Made by a program: the position numbers and the translations under genes. A stretch of DNA of 64,000 bases, taken from IMG/VR virus record IMGVR_UViG_3300021964_000039, positions 16,019-80,018 of that record. One strand, 5' to 3'. Shown here in pieces: positions 30,748 through 40,092 of this stretch. Each line of letters opens with the position of its first letter. Within the stretch, counting starts at the first letter, position 1. Below the pieces are notes generated by a model that was given only the letters and a program-made list of their open reading frames with translations, was not told the origin of the DNA and ran no database searches. This stretch comes from a virus.

Positions 30748-31182
30748 ATGGCCAAATTCGCTCAGGGTAAGTTTAAACCCAAAAATCCTGACAAATATAT
30801 GGGAAACAGAACTCCTACTTATCGCAGTAGTTGGGAATTTGCATTTATGAGATTTTGTGATGAACATCCTAGTGTATCAAAATGGGCTAGTGAGAGTATT
30901 AAAATTCCTTATAGGAATCCATTAACAGGTAAGCAAACAATTTATGTTCCTGATTTTTTTGTAGTATATATTGACAAAAAAGGAAAACAACGAGTTGAAC
31001 TAATAGAAGTCAAACCCGAAAATCAAACTATAAGAGAAAAGTTAGGTAGAAGCAAAGCAAATCAGGCGCATTGGGTTTTGAATCAAGCAAAATGGGAAGC
31101 GGCTAGAGCATATTGCAAACAAAAAGGAATATTCTTTAGAATAGTAAACGAGTCTGATATATTTCATAACGGAAGAAGATAA
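30748..31182 (+). CDS. gp4: Head completion nuclease (T4 gp4, TnsA-like)
   Basis: PKNP.KY.G, YRSSWE..FM..CD, WASE...IPY, YVPDF, IEVKP, N.AKW.AA. Confidence 0.92.
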   Translation: MAKFAQGKFKPKNPDKYMGNRTPTYRSSWEFAFMRFCDEHPSVSKWASESIKIPYRNPLTGKQTIYVPDFFVVYIDKKGKQRVELIEVKPENQTIREKLGRSKANQAHWVLNQAKWEAARAYCKQKGIFFRIVNESDIFHNGRR

Positions 31183-31799
31183 TGGCAATTATGGTAAAAG
31201 ACCCCTACCACGCAACATTTATACATATTGCAAAAACAGGAGGCAGTAGCGTTACTGTTTGGTTAAAAAGTAATTTTGATGTGTATACTACAAAAACTAA
31301 GATGGGCGCAGATGTATACCAAACTAAAAGAGTATTTGATACAGATAATATTGGTTGGACGTTTTGTACAGTAAGAAATCCTTGGAGGATTGCAGTTAGC
31401 TGGTATAGTTTTTTGTGCTTACAAAATCAAGGACGTATAAAGCATGTATTAGAATCAGATCAGGTGTTATCAAATAAGAAAAAATATAATTTAGATTATT
31501 TGTATGCTGAAAAAAGTAGATTAGAAAAAGGGTTTGAAAGATGGGTAACGTATGGACTAAGAACACCTTTGTGGAAAAAAGCTGAACAGTGTGATTATGT
31601 TATGAAATTAGAAACCATACATAGAGATTTCAAAGAAGTACAAAAAAGATTAGGATGCTATACAGTGTTACCTCATCTTATGAGAAGTGATATTAACCGT
31701 GCAAGTTGGCAGTCATACTATACAAATAAAGAAACTATAGATATTGTAGCAAATCATTACAAAAAAGATATTGAACTGTATGGGTACGACTTCAGCTAA
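31182..31799 (+). CDS. Sulfotransferase (Sulfotransfer_2-like)
   Basis: FIHIAKTGGSS (5'-PSB), VRNPW...VSWY (3'-PB), Y..DI...GY.F. Confidence 0.8.
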   Translation: MAIMVKDPYHATFIHIAKTGGSSVTVWLKSNFDVYTTKTKMGADVYQTKRVFDTDNIGWTFCTVRNPWRIAVSWYSFLCLQNQGRIKHVLESDQVLSNKKKYNLDYLYAEKSRLEKGFERWVTYGLRTPLWKKAEQCDYVMKLETIHRDFKEVQKRLGCYTVLPHLMRSDINRASWQSYYTNKETIDIVANHYKKDIELYGYDFS

Positions 31800-31823
31800 A
31801 TAGTAGTATATTATGGAAGTGTC

Positions 31824-32318
31824 ATGACTAAAAAATTAGAAGAATTATTAAATTTACCTGATAGTAAAGAAATAATAGACGAAGCAAAAACAAAAGAAAC
31901 AAAAACCGAAATTGTTGAATCAGAACAAACAATTAGAGACATTGCCGAGTTTGATAAAATTGCTGGAGCTTTACCTAGTGTAAAAGGTTTAGGCGAAAAA
32001 GCAGACGTAGAGTTAGATGATATTGCACAACGGGCTTTAAGCAGTTATGAAGATTTAATGGATCTAGGAATGAATGTTGAAAGCAGATACAGTGGCAGGG
32101 TATTTGAAGTTGCAGGTAGTATGTTAAAAACTAGTTTAGATGCAAAAGTTGCTAAACTAGATAAAAAACTGAAAATGATAGACCTACAACTTAAAAAAGA
32201 AAAATTAGATAAAGACAGCTCATCAAGCGACGGTGACCTTGTTAACGGGGAAGGCTATGTTGTTACAGATAGAAACAGCCTACTTGAACGGTTAAAAGGC
32301 ATGCAGAATGATAAATAG
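31824..32318 (+). CDS. gp16: Probable terminase small subunit
   Basis: Helical protein with R.FEVA..ML and C-terminal DRNSLL; upstream of gp17. Confidence 0.6.
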   Translation: MTKKLEELLNLPDSKEIIDEAKTKETKTEIVESEQTIRDIAEFDKIAGALPSVKGLGEKADVELDDIAQRALSSYEDLMDLGMNVESRYSGRVFEVAGSMLKTSLDAKVAKLDKKLKMIDLQLKKEKLDKDSSSSDGDLVNGEGYVVTDRNSLLERLKGMQNDK

Positions 32319-32339
32319 TTTATAAGATAGGATGTTACA

Positions 32340-32897
32340 ATGAAAACATTTAAAGATTTTTTGACAGAAGGCAAAAAGACCTATAGTTTCAAAATTGGTA
32401 TTGCGGGTCAGTTGCCTGAAAACATAGAAGATACTTTAGAAACTTGCTTGGAAAAATACAATATAGTAAATTTTTCTAAGTCAAAGACAACTCCTATACA
32501 AGAAAGACCACTAGATTTTCCGCAGTTACAAAATATGGAAGTAACTTATTTTGAAACTGAAGTAAATTATCCTACTACTGTACAGGTAATGCAAGAGTAT
32601 TTGGCAAGAGGTTGTGATATTGATCAAGGACACATTATTGTTCGTAGTCCTGATGAACCACAAGAGCTTTATCAAGCACCTAAATCAGAAGAACCTTATG
32701 AAGCAATGCTTACAAAAGAAGATATGGGCGGTGAGAGCGCACAAGATAGTGTAGCCGGAAATCGTGTTATGGACCTGCTTAAAGAGCTAGAAGTAGCTAG
32801 AAAAGAAAGAGGACATGACGGTGCTGAAGGTGCTCCAACTGGTGAATCAAGTGATATTACACTAGAAACAAACGACAAAAGCCCGATAGGAAGTTAA
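32340..32897 (+). CDS. Putative internal head protein with T4-type capsid-targeting sequence
   Basis: N-terminus MKTFKDFLTE resembles the T4 IP CTS (MKTYQEFIAE); late promoter at 32312. Confidence 0.55.
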   Translation: MKTFKDFLTEGKKTYSFKIGIAGQLPENIEDTLETCLEKYNIVNFSKSKTTPIQERPLDFPQLQNMEVTYFETEVNYPTTVQVMQEYLARGCDIDQGHIIVRSPDEPQELYQAPKSEEPYEAMLTKEDMGGESAQDSVAGNRVMDLLKELEVARKERGHDGAEGAPTGESSDITLETNDKSPIGS

Positions 32898-32899
32898 TT

Positions 32900-33667
32900 A
32901 TGGAATTAAAAAATTTACTACAACAAATGAAAGACATTGAAACTGCAGAGGCATTAAAAGAGAATCCTATGCCATCAGGAATGCCTCCAATGGGTGCTCC
33001 ACAAATGGACCAAGGATCTCCAGTTTCAATGAATGTAAGTCTTAATGCTAGTGGAAAAGATCACGTTGAAGATTTAATAGATATGATGAAAAACGCTGGC
33101 TTAGGTAGTGCAAAAGAAGTAGATCAAGATATGATGCCTGTAAGACAAGATATGGAAAGACTACAAAAAGTTTTTTCTAAAGGTGATGATAAAGATGGTA
33201 AACTTGATTTAGATATAGATGGTGATAATCAGCCTGATTTAGATACCGAAGGTTATGACAACGAACCTGAAGATGAATATCAAGATACAGAATATATGAC
33301 TAAAGATTTGTCAGGTGGCCTAAATAGAGAAAAAGATAAACATGCATTGAGAGCAAAAGATCCAGCAATTCATGTAGAAGATATTAAAGCAATTCTTCAA
33401 TCAGCATTATCTGAAAAAATGAAGAGCAAAAAAAGCAAAAAACCAAATGATGGTAATCTCGCAAACAATGCTAAGCCATATGATAAAGTAACAAGAGCAG
33501 ACGTTATTGCAGGAGCTACTGGCAATGACGAAATGGGCGGCAAGAAAAAGAAAAGTGAAGACATTGCTATTGAAGGCCGTGGCAAGAAAAATAAAAAGAA
33601 GATGGAAGATATAAAAACTGTCGAAGGCAGAGGACGCGGCAGAGGACGCGGCAAAGGAAAAAAATAA
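32900..33667 (+). CDS. Putative internal head/core protein with an acidic middle and a K/R/G-rich tail
   Basis: Low complexity; MMKNAGL motif; ends in EGRGRGRGRGKGKK. Confidence 0.5.
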   Translation: MELKNLLQQMKDIETAEALKENPMPSGMPPMGAPQMDQGSPVSMNVSLNASGKDHVEDLIDMMKNAGLGSAKEVDQDMMPVRQDMERLQKVFSKGDDKDGKLDLDIDGDNQPDLDTEGYDNEPEDEYQDTEYMTKDLSGGLNREKDKHALRAKDPAIHVEDIKAILQSALSEKMKSKKSKKPNDGNLANNAKPYDKVTRADVIAGATGNDEMGGKKKKSEDIAIEGRGKKNKKKMEDIKTVEGRGRGRGRGKGKK

Positions 33668-33670
33668 ATC

Positions 33671-33697
33671 AATAGCGCCGGAAGGCGCTATTTTTTT
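33671..33697 (+). terminator. Intrinsic terminator
   Basis: AATAGCGCC-ggaa-GGCGCTATT followed by a T run. Confidence 0.9.
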
Positions 33698-33711
33698 GGT
33701 TAAATACTTTC

Positions 33712-35292
33712 ATGAGTAAATCACTTGACGGCGTATTAACTAAAAAAGCCAATCAAAAAGAAACATATTCTGAAGAGCAAATTGCAGACATAATGGCGTG
33801 TATGGATCCTGCTGATGGATATCTATACTTTGCACGTAAGTTTGCATTTATACAGCATCCGGTAAAGGGCAAATTACTTTTTGATCCTTTTGAGTACCAA
33901 GTAAGGTTATTACACAGTTATCATAATCATCGATTTAACATCAATATGTTGCCAAGGCAGACAGGTAAAACTACCTGTGCGGCAATATATCTTATATGGT
34001 ATGCAATGTTTCATCCTGACCAAACAATATTAATTGCAGCTCACAAATACACAGGCTCACAAGAAATCATGCAACGCATACGATATGTTTATGAAACCTG
34101 TCCTGACCATATTCGTGCAGGTGTTACAAATTATAATAAGGGTAGTATTGAATTTGAAAATGGATCACGTATAGTAAGTGCAACTACAACGGGCAACACA
34201 GGACGTGGTATGTCCATATCATTACTATACTGTGACGAGTTTGCATTTGTACAACCTAATATTGCAGACGAATTTTGGACTTCAATATCTCCTACACTTG
34301 CAACAGGTGGTCGTGCTATTATTACAAGTACTCCTAACTCAGACGAAGATACATTTGCCAATATTTGGAAACAAGCAGAACAAAAATTTGATGAACATGG
34401 CAACGAAAGTGATACAGGTGTAAACGGATTCTTTTCATTTACTTGTCATTGGAATGAACACCCTGACAGAGATGAAGAATGGAAATCGGCTGAAATTGGG
34501 CGTATTGGTGAAGAAAGATTTAGACGAGAATATGGATGCGAGTTTCTAGTATTTGATGAAACATTAATCAATAGCATACATCTTGTTACTATGGAGGGAA
34601 TAAGTCCTATATTAAACATGGGCCAAACAAGATGGTATAAAAAACCTACTAGCCAATACACATATGCAGTAGCTCTTGATCCTAGTATGGGCACCGGAGG
34701 CGATTTTGCAGCAATACAAGTTTTTGAATTACCTACATATAAACAAGTAGCTGAGTGGCAACACAACCAAACTGCTATACCCGGGCAAATACGTGTACTG
34801 GCAGATATTTGCAATTACATAAAACAAGAATGTAAAACAGATACAAATATATACTGGAGTGTAGAAAACAATGGAATTGGTGAAGCGGCACTAATTGTAA
34901 TAAATGATTTCGGAGAAGAGAATATATCCGGGATGTTTGTAAGTGAACCTATACGCAAAGGACATGTTCGCAAATTCCGTAAAGGATTTAACACTACGCA
35001 CAGTACCAAAATTACTGCATGTAGTAGATTAAAAACTATGATAGAAAATGATAAGATGTCTGTGTGTAGTAAACCTTTAATATCTGAATTAAAAAATTAT
35101 GTTGCCACAGGAAGTAGTTATCAAGCAAAAGTAGGTCATAACGATGATTTAATAAGTGCAACATTGTTAGCATTAAGAATGATGGCAGTAATGAAAGATT
35201 GGGATCCGCGAGTGTATAATACATTTACGCAGGCAGAGTCAGATGAGGATTATGACCCGCCAATGCCTATATTCATTACTAACAGTTATTGA
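33712..35292 (+). CDS. gp17: Terminase large subunit
   Basis: PRQTGKTT (Walker A), LLYCDEFAF (Walker B), TSTPN, FRREY.CEF, DPS.G.GGD, ENN, HNDD. Confidence 0.95.
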   Translation: MSKSLDGVLTKKANQKETYSEEQIADIMACMDPADGYLYFARKFAFIQHPVKGKLLFDPFEYQVRLLHSYHNHRFNINMLPRQTGKTTCAAIYLIWYAMFHPDQTILIAAHKYTGSQEIMQRIRYVYETCPDHIRAGVTNYNKGSIEFENGSRIVSATTTGNTGRGMSISLLYCDEFAFVQPNIADEFWTSISPTLATGGRAIITSTPNSDEDTFANIWKQAEQKFDEHGNESDTGVNGFFSFTCHWNEHPDRDEEWKSAEIGRIGEERFRREYGCEFLVFDETLINSIHLVTMEGISPILNMGQTRWYKKPTSQYTYAVALDPSMGTGGDFAAIQVFELPTYKQVAEWQHNQTAIPGQIRVLADICNYIKQECKTDTNIYWSVENNGIGEAALIVINDFGEENISGMFVSEPIRKGHVRKFRKGFNTTHSTKITACSRLKTMIENDKMSVCSKPLISELKNYVATGSSYQAKVGHNDDLISATLLALRMMAVMKDWDPRVYNTFTQAESDEDYDPPMPIFITNSY

Positions 35293-35303
35293 TAAATAGT
35301 AAT

Positions 35304-37751
35304 ATGAATATTGATATAGTTGCACAAGATTTATTTGATAAGATAAGAGGAACATTTCCTAATATTACAATAGGAGATGAAATGGGTTCGGTTGTAAACG
35401 AACCTGCAAAAGCAAGATTTTTTGAATTTTCATATAATCCTGTTACAGATGATAAAGTAAGCATAAGTTTATCAGGTAAAGACGGAGTTAGTGTAATGTA
35501 TTCAAAAAACATTGTTGCAAGTGATATTCAAGAAGACAAGGACAAATGGTATAACTTTCTCAGAGAGCTTAGACAATTTGCAAGAAAAAGACTTTTGAAT
35601 TTTGACACGAGAGATATAACAAAAAGTAATTTAAACAAAAGAGATTATCAATATTTGGCAAAAGCATCTGGAGAGGATACAATGACTGAATCTAAATTAT
35701 ACGGCACAAGCAGACTTAGTTATCAAGACGTTGATGGCGCAAGGCTTGTGATAAAGCATAACAAACCTGTAAACCAAGACTTAGCAGCAGGCAGAACGCA
35801 AAATATTAGTAGCATATACATAGAAAGTTCTGAAGGAGAACGGTTTAAGTATCCGTATAAACATTTAACAGGTGCAAGAGCAATGGCACGCCACGTTGCA
35901 GAAGGCGGAAATGCATATGATGACTTTGGTAAACACATTGTAGGATTATCAGAAGAACTATCAAAATTGCGTAAATTTAAAAATTATATGTCCAGGTCAT
36001 CTGTCATGGCAGAAGGATTAGCTGATTATTTGCCAACAGTAAATGAAAGAATACAGTCAGTCAAAAAGACAATAGAAAATCTACAGAAAAAGTCATACTA
36101 TGATACATTTAAAGAAACATACCAAGCTCCAGTATTAGAAGACGTTCCCCTAGAAGTTGCAGAAAACTGGATCGATCAACTTACTATCCGCCAGTTTAAT
36201 GAGGAACTAAAAGATATATTCCCTTATATATACAATCTTGTTAGCGAAGCTTCACTAGCAGAAGAAATTGGCCCAGAAGAACTATTAGGCGAAGAAAGAG
36301 ACGATGAAAAAATTGCTAAAGAATTAATGCAAAAAGGCTATGACAGCGACAACAGTGATGAAGAACTTCAAAATGCAATGATTGAGCTAGGCTACGGAAA
36401 ATATATGACTCGTGACCGTGATCTTATTGGTGATGTGTTAGATAGACTACACGATATGACTCATGGAGAAGATGACGGCCAGCCTAGTTCATATGACGAG
36501 TATCAAGATTTGTATGGTGGTGACGAAGACTTTGGCGGCTACGACGAAGCAATCGAATCTAGCATAGAAAGGTTAATGGGCCAGTTTGGCGAAGCTGATA
36601 AAACAGATGTATTGTTCCAAATTGAAGACGAGGATGGCGACAAGTACGAAGTTGTAAAATACATGGGCAAGGTTGTTGCATTTGATGCAAATCCAGAAGA
36701 ACTGTCAGGTGGCGGAATGGGTCCATATGAGTATGATCCAAAGACTGGTACTATCGAAACTGAAAACGGTCCTAAGAAAACAAGAAAAATTGACGACCAA
36801 ACATTTGGCGAAGCAGGTGATGAAGGCGGAATGAAACAAGCCCAAATAGAAGTACAAGATTGGTTTGAAAAATTCAACGAATACAAAGGAACAAATGGCG
36901 ATGATCTAGCACAAGGATGGATACGTGCTACATTAGATACAGGCATTATGGCAGATGCTTATGACGAAAACGAAGTTGAAGCATTTAACAAAATGAAAGG
37001 TTATCCAACAGACGAGATTGATACAAGTTGGCAAAAAGATGACTTTGCAGACTTTACTTCAAATAAATCAGGTGCTAGTCCAATAACAGCCGCAATGTTT
37101 TCTACAATTAATGCTATAATGGACAAATACGGTATAGATGAAGAAGATGTCGATGATATGTCAAAAGCGGATGATCCATCATATGGCAAACCTGGTATGC
37201 GTGATGAAAGCGACGACACAGATTCTAAAGAACAAAAGACACCATTAGGCGAATTCATACTATCATATTACGATAGGCAATCAGGCGAATTTCCAAAAGG
37301 CGAAACTGCCGTATTAACCATGATAGAAAAAGATTACGGTGAAGAGTTCATAGAACCCGCAAAGGCGTTCATAGAATCAATATACCAAGTAGTTGAAAAA
37401 GTTAACAATAGTTCAGTAGAACCAATGGATGCTACTGATATGCAAGAAGAAGAAGGCAGAGAACTAAACGATGCTGACAAAAAAGTCATGCAAAAACTAA
37501 CCAGCATGGTTAAACAAAAGCAAAAAGAAATGCAAGACGCAAGAAAAGGCGGATATGACGAAGACGCAAGAATGATTGCGAGTCAACTAGAAGACTTCTA
37601 CAGTATTGCTGAACTAATCAAAGGCAATAGACCAATGGGCTTAGACAATTCAGTAATGGATCTAGTACATGATATGTACGACGAAGTTGGTGCAAAGTTT
37701 GATGAAGGCAACGAAGAACTAGATAGAATTAGAGGATTAGCCGGACTTTAA
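35304..37751 (+). CDS. Large acidic late protein; putative internal head polyprotein (start moved to ATG 35304)
   Basis: TAAATA-N5-ATG; modular acidic C-terminal half; ends in ELDRIRGLAGL. Confidence 0.55.
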   Translation: MNIDIVAQDLFDKIRGTFPNITIGDEMGSVVNEPAKARFFEFSYNPVTDDKVSISLSGKDGVSVMYSKNIVASDIQEDKDKWYNFLRELRQFARKRLLNFDTRDITKSNLNKRDYQYLAKASGEDTMTESKLYGTSRLSYQDVDGARLVIKHNKPVNQDLAAGRTQNISSIYIESSEGERFKYPYKHLTGARAMARHVAEGGNAYDDFGKHIVGLSEELSKLRKFKNYMSRSSVMAEGLADYLPTVNERIQSVKKTIENLQKKSYYDTFKETYQAPVLEDVPLEVAENWIDQLTIRQFNEELKDIFPYIYNLVSEASLAEEIGPEELLGEERDDEKIAKELMQKGYDSDNSDEELQNAMIELGYGKYMTRDRDLIGDVLDRLHDMTHGEDDGQPSSYDEYQDLYGGDEDFGGYDEAIESSIERLMGQFGEADKTDVLFQIEDEDGDKYEVVKYMGKVVAFDANPEELSGGGMGPYEYDPKTGTIETENGPKKTRKIDDQTFGEAGDEGGMKQAQIEVQDWFEKFNEYKGTNGDDLAQGWIRATLDTGIMADAYDENEVEAFNKMKGYPTDEIDTSWQKDDFADFTSNKSGASPITAAMFSTINAIMDKYGIDEEDVDDMSKADDPSYGKPGMRDESDDTDSKEQKTPLGEFILSYYDRQSGEFPKGETAVLTMIEKDYGEEFIEPAKAFIESIYQVVEKVNNSSVEPMDATDMQEEEGRELNDADKKVMQKLTSMVKQKQKEMQDARKGGYDEDARMIASQLEDFYSIAELIKGNRPMGLDNSVMDLVHDMYDEVGAKFDEGNEELDRIRGLAGL

Positions 37752-37770
37752 TAGTTTGGCTAATCTTTTT
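37733..37770 (+). terminator. Intrinsic terminator overlapping the stop codon
   Basis: AGGATTAGCCGGACT / AGTTTGGCTAATCTT stem followed by a T run. Confidence 0.75.
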
Positions 37771-37800
37771 CAAAAAAATCAATAATTTAGCAGAAAGTGG

Positions 37801-37829
37801 TTGACTTATGCTAAATAATATCGTATAGT
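37801..37829 (+). promoter_or_regulatory. Sigma70 promoter with a nested late promoter for gp32
   Basis: TTGACT-17-TATAGT; TAAATA at 37812-37817 lies inside the spacer. Confidence 0.8.
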
Positions 37830-37892
37830 ACATAATGTGCTATACAAATTTAGGCACAGTCATAAAGGCAAAACATTAAGGAGGCATATATT

Positions 37893-38900
37893 ATGGCATC
37901 ACTAGCAGAAATTAGAGCAAAGCTCAAAGAACAAGAATCGAGAACAGGTGGCAATTCAAATACCCCTGGCGATAACGCAATTTACCCATTTTGGAATATG
38001 AAAGAAGGCGAGAGTTCAACTCTACGTTTCCTTCCTGATGGTAACTCCGATAATACTTTCTTTTGGACAGAACGTTTAATGATTAAACTTCCGTTCGCTG
38101 GTATTAAGGGCGAAACTGATTCACGTCCTGTACAAGTACAAATTCCATGTATGGAAATGTACGGCGAGACATGTAATATTCTTAACGAAGTGCGTGGCTG
38201 GTTCAAAGATCCGAGTCTAGAAGACATGGGTCGTAAGTACTGGAAAAAGCGTTCTTATATTTTCCAAGGCTTTGTAACAGACAACCCATTAGCCGATGAT
38301 AGTACTCCGGAAAATCCAATCCGTAGATTTATTATTGGTCCACAAATCTTCCAGATCATTAAGCAGGCACTTATGGATCCAGATATGGAAGAACTACCAA
38401 CAGATTACACTGCTGGTGTTGACTTCCGTCTTAACAAAACAAGTAAAGGCGGTTATGCAGACTATTCAACATCTAACTGGGCACGTAGAGAACGTCCACT
38501 AGGTGATGCAGAGATGGCTGCTGTAAACCAAAATGGTTTATTTAATTTAAGTGATTTCCTACCTAAAAAGCCAGGTGAAGTAGAAGTTAAAGTAATGCAG
38601 GAAATGTTTGAAGCGTCAGTAGATGGTGAAGCATATGATCCAGATCGTTGGAGTCAATATTTCCGCCCAGCAGGGATGCAAGCACGTACAGGTGATCCAA
38701 ATGTTTCATCGACAAACGGTACTGCTACTTCTAGATCCGAACCTGTAGCACAACCAACGCCAACGCCGGCACCTGCTCCAGTAGTAGAACCTGCACCTGC
38801 TCCAGAGGCAACTCCGGCAGCAACGACTGAAGCTGCACCTACAGAAGGTGGTAATGCTCAAGACATTCTAGCAATGATTAGAAGTCGTCAAGGACAATAA
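37893..38900 (+). CDS. gp32: Single-stranded DNA-binding protein
   Basis: LRFLPD, YWKKRSY, G.DF.L.K....GYADY..S.W; Pro/Ala-rich linker. Confidence 0.88.
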   Translation: MASLAEIRAKLKEQESRTGGNSNTPGDNAIYPFWNMKEGESSTLRFLPDGNSDNTFFWTERLMIKLPFAGIKGETDSRPVQVQIPCMEMYGETCNILNEVRGWFKDPSLEDMGRKYWKKRSYIFQGFVTDNPLADDSTPENPIRRFIIGPQIFQIIKQALMDPDMEELPTDYTAGVDFRLNKTSKGGYADYSTSNWARRERPLGDAEMAAVNQNGLFNLSDFLPKKPGEVEVKVMQEMFEASVDGEAYDPDRWSQYFRPAGMQARTGDPNVSSTNGTATSRSEPVAQPTPTPAPAPVVEPAPAPEATPAATTEAAPTEGGNAQDILAMIRSRQGQ

Positions 38901-38911
38901 TAATATATTAT

Positions 38912-38990
38912 GACAGCTATTAACGAAACCGAAGTAGAGATTCACGGTTTACCTGTCAAAACTTCAAAAGTTAATAGCTGTTTGCTTTTT
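38912..38990 (+). ncRNA. Putative structured cis-regulatory RNA / attenuator upstream of uvsX
   Basis: Perfect 12-bp stem ACAGCTATTAAC/GTTAATAGCTGT enclosing an AAACCG/CGGTTT stem, followed by a T-rich tract. Confidence 0.5.
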
Positions 38991-39006
38991 GGTTTAGGAG
39001 AAATAA

Positions 39007-40092
39007 ATGGCAACGAAGGCTTTTGATCCGACAAAGTTTCGGACACAATTAACAAAATCCATTACAGGCATGAGTGCAGGATTTAACGATCCTACTGATT
39101 GGATTTCAACTGGTAATTTTGCACTCAATTATCTTATCTCAGGAGACTTCAACAAAGGTGTTCCGATGGGTAAGGTAACAGTGTTTGCTGGTGAATCCGG
39201 CGCAGGTAAATCATATATCTGTGCAGGTAACATTGTGAAACACGCACAAGATCAAGGCATCTTTGTAGTACTAATTGACTCAGAGAATGCACTTGATGAA
39301 TCGTGGCTACATGCATTAGATGTAGACACGTCAGAAGAAAAACTACTCAAACTAAACATGTCGATGATTGATGATGTTGCTAAAACTATTTCAACATTCA
39401 TGACAGACTACAAAACAATGGCAGAAGAAGACCGTCCTAAGGTACTGTTTGTAATTGATAGTTTGGGTATGTTATTAACACCTACTGATGTTGATCAGTT
39501 TAACAAAGGTGATATGAAAGGTGATATGGGTCGTAAGCCTAAAGCACTAACATCGCTTGTACGTAACACAGTTAACATGATTGGCTCACATAATGTAGGC
39601 TTAGTATGTACTAACCACACTTATGCATCACAGGATATGTTTGATCCAGATGATAAGATTTCAGGCGGACAAGGCTTTATCTATGCATCAAGTATCGTAG
39701 TTGCAATGAAGAAATTGAAACTAAAAGAAGATGAAGACGGTAATAAAGTCAGTCAAGTTATGGGTATCCGTGCAGGATGCAAAGTTATGAAAACACGTTA
39801 TGCAAAACCGTTTGAAGGTGTGCAGGTAAAGATTCCATACGAAACAGGTATGAATCCTTACAGCGGACTATTTGAATTGTTTGAAGCAAAAGGTGTTGTA
39901 GAAAAACAAGGTAATAGATACAAATACACAACAATCGACGGCGAAGAAGTACTTGAATATCGTAAAAATTGGACAGGAAATCTACTTGACAAAGTTATGT
40001 TAGAATATGCAAATAAGGAGTCTTTGGTAAATACCTCTGATGATGCAGAAAATGACACATCTAATGTTGAGGAGCTAGTCGATGCTGAATGA
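39007..40092 (+). CDS. uvsX: RecA-like recombinase
   Basis: GESGAGKS, IDSENA, VIDSLG, TNHTY, SGG.G..YASS. Confidence 0.92.
   Translation: MATKAFDPTKFRTQLTKSITGMSAGFNDPTDWISTGNFALNYLISGDFNKGVPMGKVTVFAGESGAGKSYICAGNIVKHAQDQGIFVVLIDSENALDESWLHALDVDTSEEKLLKLNMSMIDDVAKTISTFMTDYKTMAEEDRPKVLFVIDSLGMLLTPTDVDQFNKGDMKGDMGRKPKALTSLVRNTVNMIGSHNVGLVCTNHTYASQDMFDPDDKISGGQGFIYASSIVVAMKKLKLKEDEDGNKVSQVMGIRAGCKVMKTRYAKPFEGVQVKIPYETGMNPYSGLFELFEAKGVVEKQGNRYKYTTIDGEEVLEYRKNWTGNLLDKVMLEYANKESLVNTSDDAENDTSNVEELVDAE

Noticed and set aside
30748-31182. TnsA-like nuclease as evidence of a Tn7 element
   Set aside because: Motifs and context match the T4 gp4 head-completion protein, and no TnsB or TnsC is present.
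38750-38845. Pro/Ala/Thr-rich repeat-like DNA at the end of gp32
   Set aside because: It is an ordinary low-complexity linker, not a discrete repeat element.
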